Position numbers and translations under genes: made by a program | In this document: positions 19,660 through 29,398 of the stretch, piece after piece | Layout: each line of letters opens with the position of its first letter | How positions within the stretch are numbered: position 1 is the first letter of the stretch | Assembly: GCA_019704295.1 (NCBI GenBank) | Contig: AP024596.1 | Location: 1,312,001-1,376,000 of the forward strand | From: Sulfolobales archaeon HS-7 | GTDB taxonomy: Archaea > Thermoproteota > Thermoprotei_A > Sulfolobales > Sulfolobaceae | Reading direction: 5' to 3' | Length of the DNA stretch: 64,000 nucleotides | Notes under the pieces: generated by a model | What the model was told of the DNA's origin: nothing | The model's database searches: none | What the model saw: the letters and a program-made list of their open reading frames with translations, nothing else

Positions 19660-21915
19660 ATGAAATTGGAGAAAATAGAATATAATAATTTGGTTAGAGC
19701 CCTTTTCGCAGTTACTCTTATAATGCTTTCTATTGCACCGGTTTACGCTGTCGCTCAAAATAGTACGAGTTCAACTTACACCAACGGTTCGGTCTCCTAC
19801 AAGTTAACCGAGTATTGCCAACAGAGTTTCAGCTTCCAATACACGAGGATAGTTTACGACCCCATTCTCAACGCAATTATAGATTATAAACTATGTTCAG
19901 ATGGATTCACTATAATTTATCTAAACAACGATTCGAACTGTTTTGTTCCTGTAAATGGTGGAATATGTTACATCTTCTTCGATGAGCAGAATTCGCTCCT
20001 TTACGTCCAAACCACCCTTACATTTTGCATCTTCAACGGTACTGAGGTAATAAAGACGGTAAATTCGCTAGCCCAGGGCACCGAGGGTTACGGATTCGGT
20101 AAAGGGGGAGTGATAGATACCTCTAACGGGGAAATTTACTCTCTGGTAGCAACATATTTCACTCCGAATGCTAATGCAATAGGGGTCATAAACACTAGCA
20201 ATTACTCTCTAATAGTGGAGAACATATCACACTCAGGGTTATACACCTTTCCGACTTCTATAGTTTACGATAATTACACAAATAAGCTATTCATAACCGT
20301 AGTTCGAAATGAAAGTATAGGACAGATCTACTCCGTAAATCCGTATAATCTAAGCTTAACTTTAATCGCTAATACCTCACCCGCATATGCGATGACGTAT
20401 TATGAGGATAACCTTTACGTTTTCTTGAGTAACCGCTCATATGGGAAGTGTACTATGGATGTGGTTAACACTTTAACGGGAAAGGTAACTCCCACTAATT
20501 TGCAACTCCCCGCCACTAACCTAGCTATTACCTTACCTAACGGAGAAATATATGTTGCTACGGATGATGGTACTTGGGTAATAAACGCGAACACCACGAG
20601 TGTAATAGCGAAAATTCCCGTGGTTCCGACTGCTATCTCCAGTATGGCTTACGATCCCCAAGCAAATCTGGTTTTCCTTGATGCCGAGAACCTCTTCTTA
20701 ATCGCTGAGGTTAACCCCGTAACTAACAGCGTAATCGGTTACGCGAACCCATATCCCGTGACCCCCAACTCAGCAGTGTTCGATGCCAAGAACTCCATGT
20801 TGTACTTGGGGATGCCCTACTCCGACTACCTATTCGAGGAGCAGCTATCCCCCTTGAGGATCGTAAAAACTATCGGACCCTTCAGTGCTCACGTCACGTC
20901 AATAGCGTGTGATCCCGAGAACGGTTACCTCTACATAGGACTATACGACAACCAAATAGCAGTATTCAATCCCATGACCAACTCAATAATCACGAACATC
21001 TCCTATTCCCCCAGCAAGGCCAACTCTCACTACGTTGACTACATTCCCTCCCTTAACGAGGTAGTAGTGAGCACCTCCTCTGGAGTAGTCGGGATAAACG
21101 CCACCACGAACTCAGTAATTTACGAGGTAAATACCACTCTTCCTCCAACGGAAATAGCTTACGACCCTAACAACGGCAATCTTTACTTGACTAACAACGG
21201 CTATTTGTACCAGGAATCAAAGCAAATTTGCGTAATAAACGCGAGGAACGGAAACAAAGTCGGTATCATCACCGCTAAAGCCTACGATGTAACGGGTGTA
21301 GTTTACGACCCCAACACGAGCTACATTTACATAACCACAGCACATCCCTCGTGTTTTTACGCGATTAACCCTAATACCGACACGATAGTGTACAACGTAT
21401 CTCTGGGTTTCACCCCGAGTACGCTCCTGTACAACCCTGTAAATAAGTTAATTTACCTAGTTGGAGGCGTAAACGAGAAAGGTGAGATAAAGGTCTTTTA
21501 CCCCTACGGATCTTACTTCGTCTCCACCATCACGATAAATGGGACTCCAGATGCGTGGACGATAAACCCTCAAACTGGATGCCTAGTCGTGACCTCTTCT
21601 GCCTCACAGGCCTTTTACCCAACCCTGACTTACTTTAACATATTATCGCTTGCACAAGCGGTAACGCAAACCACTACTCAAAGTACAACGCAGACAACAT
21701 TTCAGCAAACCTCAACTCAAATAACCCAAAGTACAACAGAAACAAGTACAACTCAAGCTCAATCCTCCCAGACTATTTCAACCACTCCCCCAGTTACCTC
21801 CCCTAAGCCTCCCGTGACTACCTCAAGGAGTTCCTTCAACCCCCTGTTAATAGTGGTAGTAGTTGTTGTCCTCCTCGTGATAGTAGCGATGGTCCTAATC
21901 TTGAGGAGGAGGTAG
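19660..21915 (+). CDS. YncE/YVTN-type beta-propeller cell-surface protein (double propeller) with T/Q-rich linker and C-terminal TM anchor
   Basis: Signal peptide, repeated IAYDP.NG.LY...VIN..TN.VI blades, TQTTTQST linker, hydrophobic tail ending LRRR. Confidence 0.88.
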   Translation: MKLEKIEYNNLVRALFAVTLIMLSIAPVYAVAQNSTSSTYTNGSVSYKLTEYCQQSFSFQYTRIVYDPILNAIIDYKLCSDGFTIIYLNNDSNCFVPVNGGICYIFFDEQNSLLYVQTTLTFCIFNGTEVIKTVNSLAQGTEGYGFGKGGVIDTSNGEIYSLVATYFTPNANAIGVINTSNYSLIVENISHSGLYTFPTSIVYDNYTNKLFITVVRNESIGQIYSVNPYNLSLTLIANTSPAYAMTYYEDNLYVFLSNRSYGKCTMDVVNTLTGKVTPTNLQLPATNLAITLPNGEIYVATDDGTWVINANTTSVIAKIPVVPTAISSMAYDPQANLVFLDAENLFLIAEVNPVTNSVIGYANPYPVTPNSAVFDAKNSMLYLGMPYSDYLFEEQLSPLRIVKTIGPFSAHVTSIACDPENGYLYIGLYDNQIAVFNPMTNSIITNISYSPSKANSHYVDYIPSLNEVVVSTSSGVVGINATTNSVIYEVNTTLPPTEIAYDPNNGNLYLTNNGYLYQESKQICVINARNGNKVGIITAKAYDVTGVVYDPNTSYIYITTAHPSCFYAINPNTDTIVYNVSLGFTPSTLLYNPVNKLIYLVGGVNEKGEIKVFYPYGSYFVSTITINGTPDAWTINPQTGCLVVTSSASQAFYPTLTYFNILSLAQAVTQTTTQSTTQTTFQQTSTQITQSTTETSTTQAQSSQTISTTPPVTSPKPPVTTSRSSFNPLLIVVVVVVLLVIVAMVLILRRR

Positions 21916-22078
21916 TCTACTAGAGTAGCTTTTGGTATCGCTTGATCGCGACAAGCAAATACTAGTTTGTTTCTCCTTTTAGGACAAATCACTATTCTTT
22001 TCAGAATTCGGTTTATTAATTAAGATAGGTAAATTGATCGCTCACTCATAATATTAAAACAATGGTGAAAGGATTCAC

Positions 22079-22138
22079 CAATCTTATTTCGCCAAAAAAT
22101 CTTATGTTTGTAGGGTATTATTAGTGGAATCTATGTAT
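22079..22138 (-). mobile_element. Isolated end of a second copy of the ISH3-like IS, truncated by MITE A
   Basis: CAATCTTATTTCGCCAAAAAATCTTATG...GTAT matches 18161-18219. Confidence 0.75.
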
Positions 22139-22301
22139 GGGCCCATCACGCGTTCATTGCGAATTCAGTTTATTTAGCAAAATCAAGTGAATTTAATTGA
22201 ATGCCATTGTATGGACTGGGTAGGGATACGCACTTAACAATTTCCCTTATTTAATCTGTCTTTGCTATAATTACAATTCGCAATGAAAGTCTGAATTGCC
22301 T
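22139..22301 (+). mobile_element. MITE family A
   Basis: GGGCCCATCACGCGTTCATTGCGAATT...AATTCGCAATGAAAGTCTGAATTGCC. Confidence 0.85.
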
Positions 22302-22521
22302 TGCAAATATCGTAAATCGTCTCAGATTTTATTATGAAGATATTTTTGAACTAGTTTATAAACTATTATGTTATGAGAGATTATTTAAGAATAAGGGACA
22401 TCATAATTCTTACCTCTTTTCGTTATAATAAGAGGACGAACCAGATAGAATTCCCTCAGGGAGTCTCAGACAACGTTATATATGCAGCCGGAAGGAAGGG
22501 TATTTACACCTTAGATCACGT

Positions 22522-23787
22522 GACAGTGTCCAATGTGTAATTAATGTGAATAACTAGATAAAGTAAAAAGTTATAAAATACGTAAGTTTAGAATTAAATT
22601 CGTTTAATTACTAGTGAAGAAACAATATAAAATCAGTTTATTAAGTACACTAGCAACTAATCTCTATACTTTCGAGGATCAAGGCTAGGGACGAGCTTCT
22701 CTAGCGGGGTTTTAACTGGAGATCTTAGCGCTTTTTAACGGATCTGAACCGCTGAATATTGTAAGCCAGGCCAAAGAGGCTGGCAAAGACGTTAAATCCC
22801 CTCATGCTCCTCGCGTAAGGCCTCACGTTCTGAGGAAAGTGTCAAAGAACTCTACACCACCTCTCAGTATTCCCAAGCCCCTCTTGACTCTGATCACCTT
22901 GCCTCTCTCTGAAAACCCCTGTCCACAAGCGTGATCACGTTGCAGATAGGAGACTTAAAGTTGAAACTTTAGCCGGAACTATCTTAACCTTGCAAACCAT
23001 GAGGGTCTTAAGGAGAACCCGGCGAAGCACTTCCCTCCGAACCAATTCCCCACTTCTTTCCCCAGCTACCCTCATGTTCCCTGAGGGTGTAATTTCTCGG
23101 AAATGAGAAAAGAGTTGATCCCTTTTCCTCTCATCGAGTGTCGCAAACACTTCATGAGGTTTCCTCCTCGGATCAATTTCCCTGAGATCCAGTACAAGTT
23201 TCTGTGCGTTTCCACGCTCTTCTCTCCGTGAGGAAGCTCCACGGGAAAGCTATCAACCTTTGCATTCCGAACTTCTCCTTAGCTAAGAAATGGTGGAAGT
23301 CGCTCCTCTTTAACTCGCGACTCCAATCTCCTGAAGACCTTGAGGAGCAGATCCCTAATTCTATCTTCGTATTCATACACAAACCAGTTCAAGAGGACCT
23401 CGAGGGAACCTCCTTCACGCCGAGGAAAACCTTGACCACTTCATTGGTAACCGCTAGCACAATCACTCCCCTATACGACTCTTTGAAAAGCACTCTCACG
23501 ATCATCATCTTCAAGTAAACCACGTTAGTACTTGAAGAACTTGTGATCCTTGAACTCCCTTTCAATTACGTCCTTTAACTCACTCATGATTTCCTCGCAC
23601 TCCAAAAGGGATTTACTCTTCCAACCCACCTCTTGGGGGATTACGTCGGAATAAATGTAGATCACGGTATAACCTAGGCATAATTCCCCTTAAGTATTAT
23701 CCCGTTAGTTGAGTTCTTGGGGTTTTATTTTTCTCCAAAAATTTACTTAATAAACTAGATTACATTTATTGCACATTGAACACTGTC
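22522..23787 (-). mobile_element. Decayed 1266-bp DDE IS (IS4/IS5 superfamily), likely parent family of MITE B
   Basis: TIRs GACAGTGTCCAATG / CATTGAACACTGTC with ACGT on both flanks. Minus-strand fragments KVDSFPVELP, LVDRGF, GVEFFDTFLR and LAYNIQR with several frameshifts. Confidence 0.8.
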
Positions 23788-23799
23788 ACGTGGCAATCT

Positions 23800-23960
23800 C
23801 GTTAGCACTATGCTCGAAGTTCAAACGAAATATTTATTACTGAACGCCCACATAAGGTTAAATTACTGAGGGCATCCCTACCTCGTAGGTATGACAATAT
23901 TCAGTTAAACTCGTTTCTCTTTAAGTAAACTGAGTTCGGAAAGAAGCCATCAATCACTTG
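23800..23960 (-). mobile_element. Highly degenerate MITE family A copy
   Basis: Reverse complement reads CCGAACTCAGTTTACTTA...TTTAACTGAAT...GTAGGGATGC...; ends unclear. Confidence 0.45.
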
Positions 23961-24186
23961 ATTAATATACTAGACCAAAGCTAGTACGGGTGAGCTTTTA
24001 CGAAACTCCCGACTCTTTAACCCCGTGAATATAATTTTCAATAATAGGTACGCTCAGGATTCACATTAACAGTGTAAGTGAAGCTCCCACTTAAAACGGC
24101 CACGTTTCTTTCCGTGCTTCGTGAAGGGATCACCACTTAAAGAGTAGACATTATGCCTTAACATTCCTTTAATGTATTAAAGGACT

Positions 24187-24798
24187 TCATGTCTTCTTAA
24201 TCATAGCGAAACCTCCGTTTTGGTCACTGAGTTTCAAAACAGTACACCCCTTCTCTTTACAAAAGTCTCTAGTCGCACTGTTAAATTCGAAGTTATCGAC
24301 CAGAATTATTCCCTCATTCATGTGATCCCACGCTAGGGAGAGCTCAAACTTGACGTTTTCGTAAGTGTGATCACCGTCATGAAGGAAAACCTGAATAATT
24401 CCTAATTCCGACAAAAGTTCTGGTAGAACCTTCTTAGAATCACCTATAATCAGCCTCCATTTCCCCTTAAGCTTTTCGGGAACTACGAAACCAACAGGGT
24501 AAGTTTCCTCCTCCTCTCCGTATTTGACTCCGAGATCAATGGAGTAGAGAATTCCCTTGTTTAACGCAGAAAGGATAAAGGTAGTGGAGACTCCTGAACC
24601 CACCCCCGTCTCAACTACTTTTTCCGGGGTTAGTATCTTGATCACCGCGTAAAGGTACTTCCTTTTGTCCGAAGTAAGCGCCCAGAGGTCTTTTCCTCGG
24701 ATTTTCTCCTCGACCTGCCTATCGATCATCCCTGCCTCTCCTATGTACCCCTCCACTATTCCTTGATCCACACCTAGTACTTCGGAAATTAACGACAT
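24187..24798 (-). CDS. Class I SAM-dependent methyltransferase (Methyltransf_24-like)
   Basis: VVETGVGSGVST, YSIDL, IIGDS, FLHDGDHTY. Confidence 0.85.
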   Translation of the reverse strand: MSLISEVLGVDQGIVEGYIGEAGMIDRQVEEKIRGKDLWALTSDKRKYLYAVIKILTPEKVVETGVGSGVSTTFILSALNKGILYSIDLGVKYGEEEETYPVGFVVPEKLKGKWRLIIGDSKKVLPELLSELGIIQVFLHDGDHTYENVKFELSLAWDHMNEGIILVDNFEFNSATRDFCKEKGCTVLKLSDQNGGFAMIKKT

Positions 24799-24944
24799 TA
24801 CCGTACTTTTCTCCCTAAGGTAAAAACTCTAGCGTAAGATCTGACCTTACAATACTGTAACACTAGTAATTCCATAAAGTTCTTTTATTGAGATAACGTA
24901 AAATCAAACAAAAATAGGATACAAACCTGTTGAAAATACTAACT

Positions 24945-25102
24945 GGACAATTCAGGTTCTCATTGCGAATTATAATTATTGCAAGCGACTAAATAAAGGA
25001 AATTATTAAGCGCCAATCTCTACAATCCATACGAACTAACTCAATTAAATTCATTTGACTTTTCTAAATAAACTGAATTCGTTATGAACCCGTGAACGGC
25101 CC
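24945..25102 (-). mobile_element. MITE family A (inverted)
   Basis: GGACAATTCAGGTTCTCATTGCGAATT...AATTCGTTATGAACCCGTGAACGGCCC. ACTAAC is present on both flanks (eroded TSD). Confidence 0.85.
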
Positions 25103-25154
25103 ACTAACGTCAAAATTCGGGTTAATTCCTCGAAGTTTACGTAAATTGTTTTCC

Positions 25155-26318
25155 CTATTCACTACCCCTTTTGCTCACTTCCTCAGCGATCTCCAGTAAT
25201 TCATTAGGACCTATGCTTAGATCCCCGTAATCTGGTGGTTTTTCCCTTAAACTTACCAAACCCATCTTCTCTGCAACCCTGCTCATCCTCCTTACGGCAT
25301 CTTTAGCCTCGGAATTCGAGATTTCCCCCATCTTAATTTCAAATGCCCACAATGGTTTCCTTCTCTTCATGATTAACACGTCTATATCCTCCTTTGGAGA
25401 GTACCATTGGGCACCATCGAAATACTTTGCTAGCATTTCCCCTACGCTAAATTGAACCTCCCTCCCTATAGGTAAGTAGTTTACTTCCCTATCAATTTCG
25501 CTTACGGCGTACTTAGACTCAGCGTATAGGGAAAGAGAGAGGGGAGGGGATTTGATTTTGTAGTAGTTTTCCCTAGACGTCGTTGAAATTTTCTGCACCA
25601 ATCCCATCTTTGCCAACTTATTGATCATTGAGGATATTGTACCTTCACCTCCTTTCGGTTGAATTATCCCTGAGATTTCGGATGTCCTCCAGATACCCTC
25701 TCCTAGAAGTAACAGAATTTTGTAATATATATCCGTTAATTGCCTATCCTCTTCACGAAAAACCTCTCCTATAAGTCCCTTGGAGATGAGGGAGAACTCC
25801 TTCAACCTTTTGGAGAACTCATCGTAGCTATCTACGAATTGAACTACCCAAGGATCCCTGTACAACGTTGATAGAACTGGATCCTTTAATTGGGTTAAAA
25901 CGTCCTCGTAGGAGATGATGTCTATCTCCAGTGGTGTGAAAAGGCCTAATAAGGGACTGTTCCTATCAAATACCTCATTTACTATACCGTAACTCGAACC
26001 CACTAACACTAGAACTCCCCTCCTCTCGAAATTACTTATGATACTCCAGTAAATTTGAGGGATTCTTTGAAATTCGTCAATTACGGCGATCCCCTCGTTA
26101 TAAAGTACCTCCTTAACTTGCCTAATCACATCGTCCAAAGTTACTATTTCATCGTATACTATGGCGTTTTTCGAATCAGCGATCAACGCGTAGTAATCGG
26201 GGTTCAAGTTCTTCTTTATAAGTGTGCTCTTCCCCGTCTTCCTTCTCCCGTAAATTAACGTCCAATTCTTCAAGTCCTTTATTTTCCTCTCTTCTCGTCT
26301 CCTAAGATATAGTTTCAC
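25155..26318 (-). CDS. Archaeal ATPase (AAA ATPase_2 family) with wHTH and C-terminal PD-(D/E)xK-like domain
   Basis: YGRRKTGKST Walker A, IDEFQ Walker B, LVGSS, DIDVL...FEIK. Confidence 0.88.
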   Translation of the reverse strand: MKLYLRRREERKIKDLKNWTLIYGRRKTGKSTLIKKNLNPDYYALIADSKNAIVYDEIVTLDDVIRQVKEVLYNEGIAVIDEFQRIPQIYWSIISNFERRGVLVLVGSSYGIVNEVFDRNSPLLGLFTPLEIDIISYEDVLTQLKDPVLSTLYRDPWVVQFVDSYDEFSKRLKEFSLISKGLIGEVFREEDRQLTDIYYKILLLLGEGIWRTSEISGIIQPKGGEGTISSMINKLAKMGLVQKISTTSRENYYKIKSPPLSLSLYAESKYAVSEIDREVNYLPIGREVQFSVGEMLAKYFDGAQWYSPKEDIDVLIMKRRKPLWAFEIKMGEISNSEAKDAVRRMSRVAEKMGLVSLREKPPDYGDLSIGPNELLEIAEEVSKRGSE

Positions 26319-26321
26319 AAG

Positions 26322-26341
26322 ACTAGTCTGACCAGACTAGT
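26322..26341. promoter_or_regulatory. Perfect palindrome ACTAGTCTG-AC-CAGACTAGT between the TATA region and the start of the ATPase gene
   Basis: 9-bp perfect inverted repeat 3 bp upstream of the start codon. Confidence 0.65.
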
Positions 26342-26705
26342 AAAAAATTTTTGTGAGATGTATATAGTATATCTGTAAGAGGGTCGTTTTGCTGAGACTA
26401 ACTAAGTGTACTGTGAGGTAATGTACATGAGGGCTATGAATATTAACTTAAAATTATCTAGGAGGCTTGAATCACCACATCCCGCTCATCCCTCAAGGAT
26501 TATATGTCATAAAGATGCCGTGCAATGTTCTGAGGATGTCTATAGGCTTCTTCATAAAGGTTTAAAGGCATGAAAGAGACGATTGAGGCGAATAAGTTAA
26601 TCTATACAAGAATACTGCGCCCTAGTGGACGTTAGATTACGTTCGCATTCATCATGAGGGGAACTATTACCTTAGATTTCCTTCTCCACACTTGTCATGT
26701 CCCTG

Positions 26706-27248
26706 TCAACACCTTAGTCCCACCATCTCGGCGATACCGCAGAGCTTGGAGTAGACCCCAAACTCCTTAGCCTTCTCCTTCATTGCCTCACTTACTCCCT
26801 TGTTTAACAGAATTGCTACTACGTCCTCCTCGTCTTGACCACTACCGTAGAGTAATTTGGCCACCACTACGTCCTCTACGCTCTCCAGCCAACACTTAAT
26901 CCCCATCAGCTCACCCTTTACCCTCCCCCTGAGGACCTCGTAGTCAATTGCGTCTTTAGCGAACTTTAGGTCTACATGAAATAGGGTACCTCCAGGGAGG
27001 AATAATGTTACTCTGCCCCTCTCTCTATATGCGTCCTCCAATTCCTGCTCTGAAAACTCGAACCCACTCTGCCTCAATACATCAAGGAGAGGGCTTATGT
27101 CTTGAGTCTCTATAACTACGTCTATGTCTTGCGTTGCCCTGTCCCTACCGTAATGGATTGCCACTAATCCCCCTACGATAACGTATACGACCCCTGCACT
27201 TTCCAGGGCCTTTGCTAACCTTTGGAGTGCCTTAGCGACCTCCTCCAT
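26706..27248 (-). CDS. Nucleotidyltransferase (pol-beta superfamily, DUF6036/AbiEii-like), putative toxin
   Basis: YVIVGGLVA...RATQDID, HVDL, and AKL...QDEED motifs. Confidence 0.8.
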   Translation of the reverse strand: MEEVAKALQRLAKALESAGVVYVIVGGLVAIHYGRDRATQDIDVVIETQDISPLLDVLRQSGFEFSEQELEDAYRERGRVTLFLPGGTLFHVDLKFAKDAIDYEVLRGRVKGELMGIKCWLESVEDVVVAKLLYGSGQDEEDVVAILLNKGVSEAMKEKAKEFGVYSKLCGIAEMVGLRC

Positions 27249-27475
27249 TCCCTCACCTTCATGAGGTGCTCCCTAGCCTTCTTCACGTCTCCGTTAAATG
27301 CCTTTAAGTACTCCGCCTCCCATATGCGATAGAGCTCAATAAATAACTGGTCCGAGGTCTTTCCGGTTCTTTTCATCGCCTCTAGGTCGGACCTTATATC
27401 CTCTACTCTCTTCTTGAATCTCTCGTATGAGCCGAATGGTCTTATTATATCCTCATAGGTCTCCTTGTCCATCAA
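27215..27475 (-). CDS. Small helical protein, putative partner/antitoxin of the nucleotidyltransferase
   Basis: 86 aa, overlaps the NTase start by 34 bp; TATA upstream. Confidence 0.6.
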   Translation of the reverse strand: MMDKETYEDIIRPFGSYERFKKRVEDIRSDLEAMKRTGKTSDQLFIELYRIWEAEYLKAFNGDVKKAREHLMKVREWRRSLRHSKG

Positions 27476-28049
27476 GAGTATATTCTCTGGGTGATTAATA
27501 AATTCCCAGCGAGTCTCCTACGCGAACATCTGGTGGAGGGCATGGATATAAAGGTAAGCCGATGATGACGACCTGCAACGTCATCGGTATTAATGACCAG
27601 GAAAGGGGCTTCCGATCGATGTGCTAAGAGGTAAGCCTGGCTAGAGAACATGCCCCATACGACTTCACGTCCCTATTTAGTTATTATGAAGGGGGATAGA
27701 ATGCAGCCAATTATACTCAGTCATAGCCTGAAGTGCAACGGTTCTTCTAAATCACCCTGTTGATGTGGAAAAGAGGACGCCGTCCTTTAAACTATCATGG
27801 AGTATAACTCAGCCAGAATGCTATTTTCTAAAAAACCGTTGTGTCAGGCACTCATTCCCTAAACGTACGATGTTATTGTACACTTTTTACCGAACACTCT
27901 GAAACCTTAATTGTACAAGTTAAAACCGGGTATAATTACCAGGGCGGACATGGGAGCAATACCACGTAGGTATATTTTTCCCAAAACGCCACTTCTGTTT
28001 AGATCGAAAAGTTTTAATTTTAACTTTGCTAAACTAAAGTGAAGTAAAA

Positions 28050-28481
28050 ATGAGTGAAGAAAGTCCATTCGACAACATGTTTAATAAGGTAGGGGATATG
28101 CTTAATAGAGCTAACCTCGAAAGGCAAATGGTTCGAGAGGTCACTGGAGACAACTGGAGGGTCAGACTCACAGAGACAAAGATAAATAAGAGTGATGGTA
28201 ATGTGGCAGTATACGAACTATACGGGATTTACCTCGGAGATAAGTCAGTAGCTGTGAGCGTGACCAAGGAGGGTAAACTGAAGCACGTGATACTAAATGG
28301 GACTACAACGTTGGAAGAGACGGACCAGACCGTGAAGAAGCGGAACAGTGTGCTGATATTGGACTATGAAAAACAGAGAGTTACCTTCACTGATGGTGAG
28401 GTAGAACTATGGAAGGGCAGGACAGGATTTGACGCAATAAAGTCCTTTAAGGTCTTAAAGAACGATATCAGGGAGTTGTAA
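28050..28481 (+). CDS. Hypothetical protein
   Basis: 143-aa ORF with a TATA upstream, coupled (TAATG) to the wHTH gene. Confidence 0.7.
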   Translation: MSEESPFDNMFNKVGDMLNRANLERQMVREVTGDNWRVRLTETKINKSDGNVAVYELYGIYLGDKSVAVSVTKEGKLKHVILNGTTTLEETDQTVKKRNSVLILDYEKQRVTFTDGEVELWKGRTGFDAIKSFKVLKNDIREL

Positions 28482-28873
28482 TGAATATAAGTGACTCTGA
28501 GAGACCTTATACCGTGAAGAGGAACTTAATCATTGAACAATGTAAGACCCCCAAGTCGTTTACCGAACTGAAATGGTCTACCGGTATGTCTGACGCAGGG
28601 CTGTCAAAGGCACTTAACGAGCTTGTGAAGGAGGGATATCTACATAAGACTTCTGACGGGAAATACGTGATTACCGATAAAGCATTACAGAACTATAAGG
28701 AGAGGATAATAAACGGGGTCTGGTTTAGGTACCAAGGGGTCCCTGACGAAAAAGTCGAGAGAATAGCTGAAATATTAAAGAACGAGGGGGAATTTTATAT
28801 CTTAGCATCTAAGGGTGGGGACAGAGCTGAGGACTTAACGCTAATACTCCAGTACTTGCTCCTGCTAACATGA
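28481..28873 (+). CDS. Winged-helix DNA-binding protein
   Basis: PKSFTELK..TGMSDAGLSKALNELVKEGYL...GKYVIT. Confidence 0.8.
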   Translation: MNISDSERPYTVKRNLIIEQCKTPKSFTELKWSTGMSDAGLSKALNELVKEGYLHKTSDGKYVITDKALQNYKERIINGVWFRYQGVPDEKVERIAEILKNEGEFYILASKGGDRAEDLTLILQYLLLLT

Positions 28874-29398
28874 TCCTATATACGGTAAGTTAGAGCACAA
28901 AGATCACGAGACTGACGACCATTACTTAATTACCTCTCCCTGAGTGTAATACCCATGCAATTTTTAATAAAAGGTATACGAGCTCGCCCCTAACTCTCCC
29001 GATTCGAATTCTATTGAGTTAGTTTGGATGGACTTAAAGCGGTGGGTTATGCATTACGAGTTTGATCAAGCGCCTAACTGTACAAGGGTGAGTTTTACTA
29101 TCAAGTATAGGTAAACAAGTATACTGGTTATTAGGTGAAGGAGTATTACGACGAGTAATAAGACAGTAAAGGAAGGGATGTCTGAAAAATTTTTTAACTT
29201 TTAAATATTATCTATGTATAACTTTTATTAACGTTATTTTACTAATTACTTAAACTCTTTTAAATATTCTTCTATATTATCATTAAATAAGGCTATTTTT
29301 CCATTTCATCCATTATGAAAGGGACTAAACTAGAATCAATAAATAAGAATTACTACTTTCTATGATAGCCTTAAATTTTCCAGTGTATATAATTAGAC

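Noticed and set aside
22935-23518. ORFs 22935-23150, 23173-23382 and 23204-23518
   Set aside because: Off-frame or antisense pieces of the decayed transposase.
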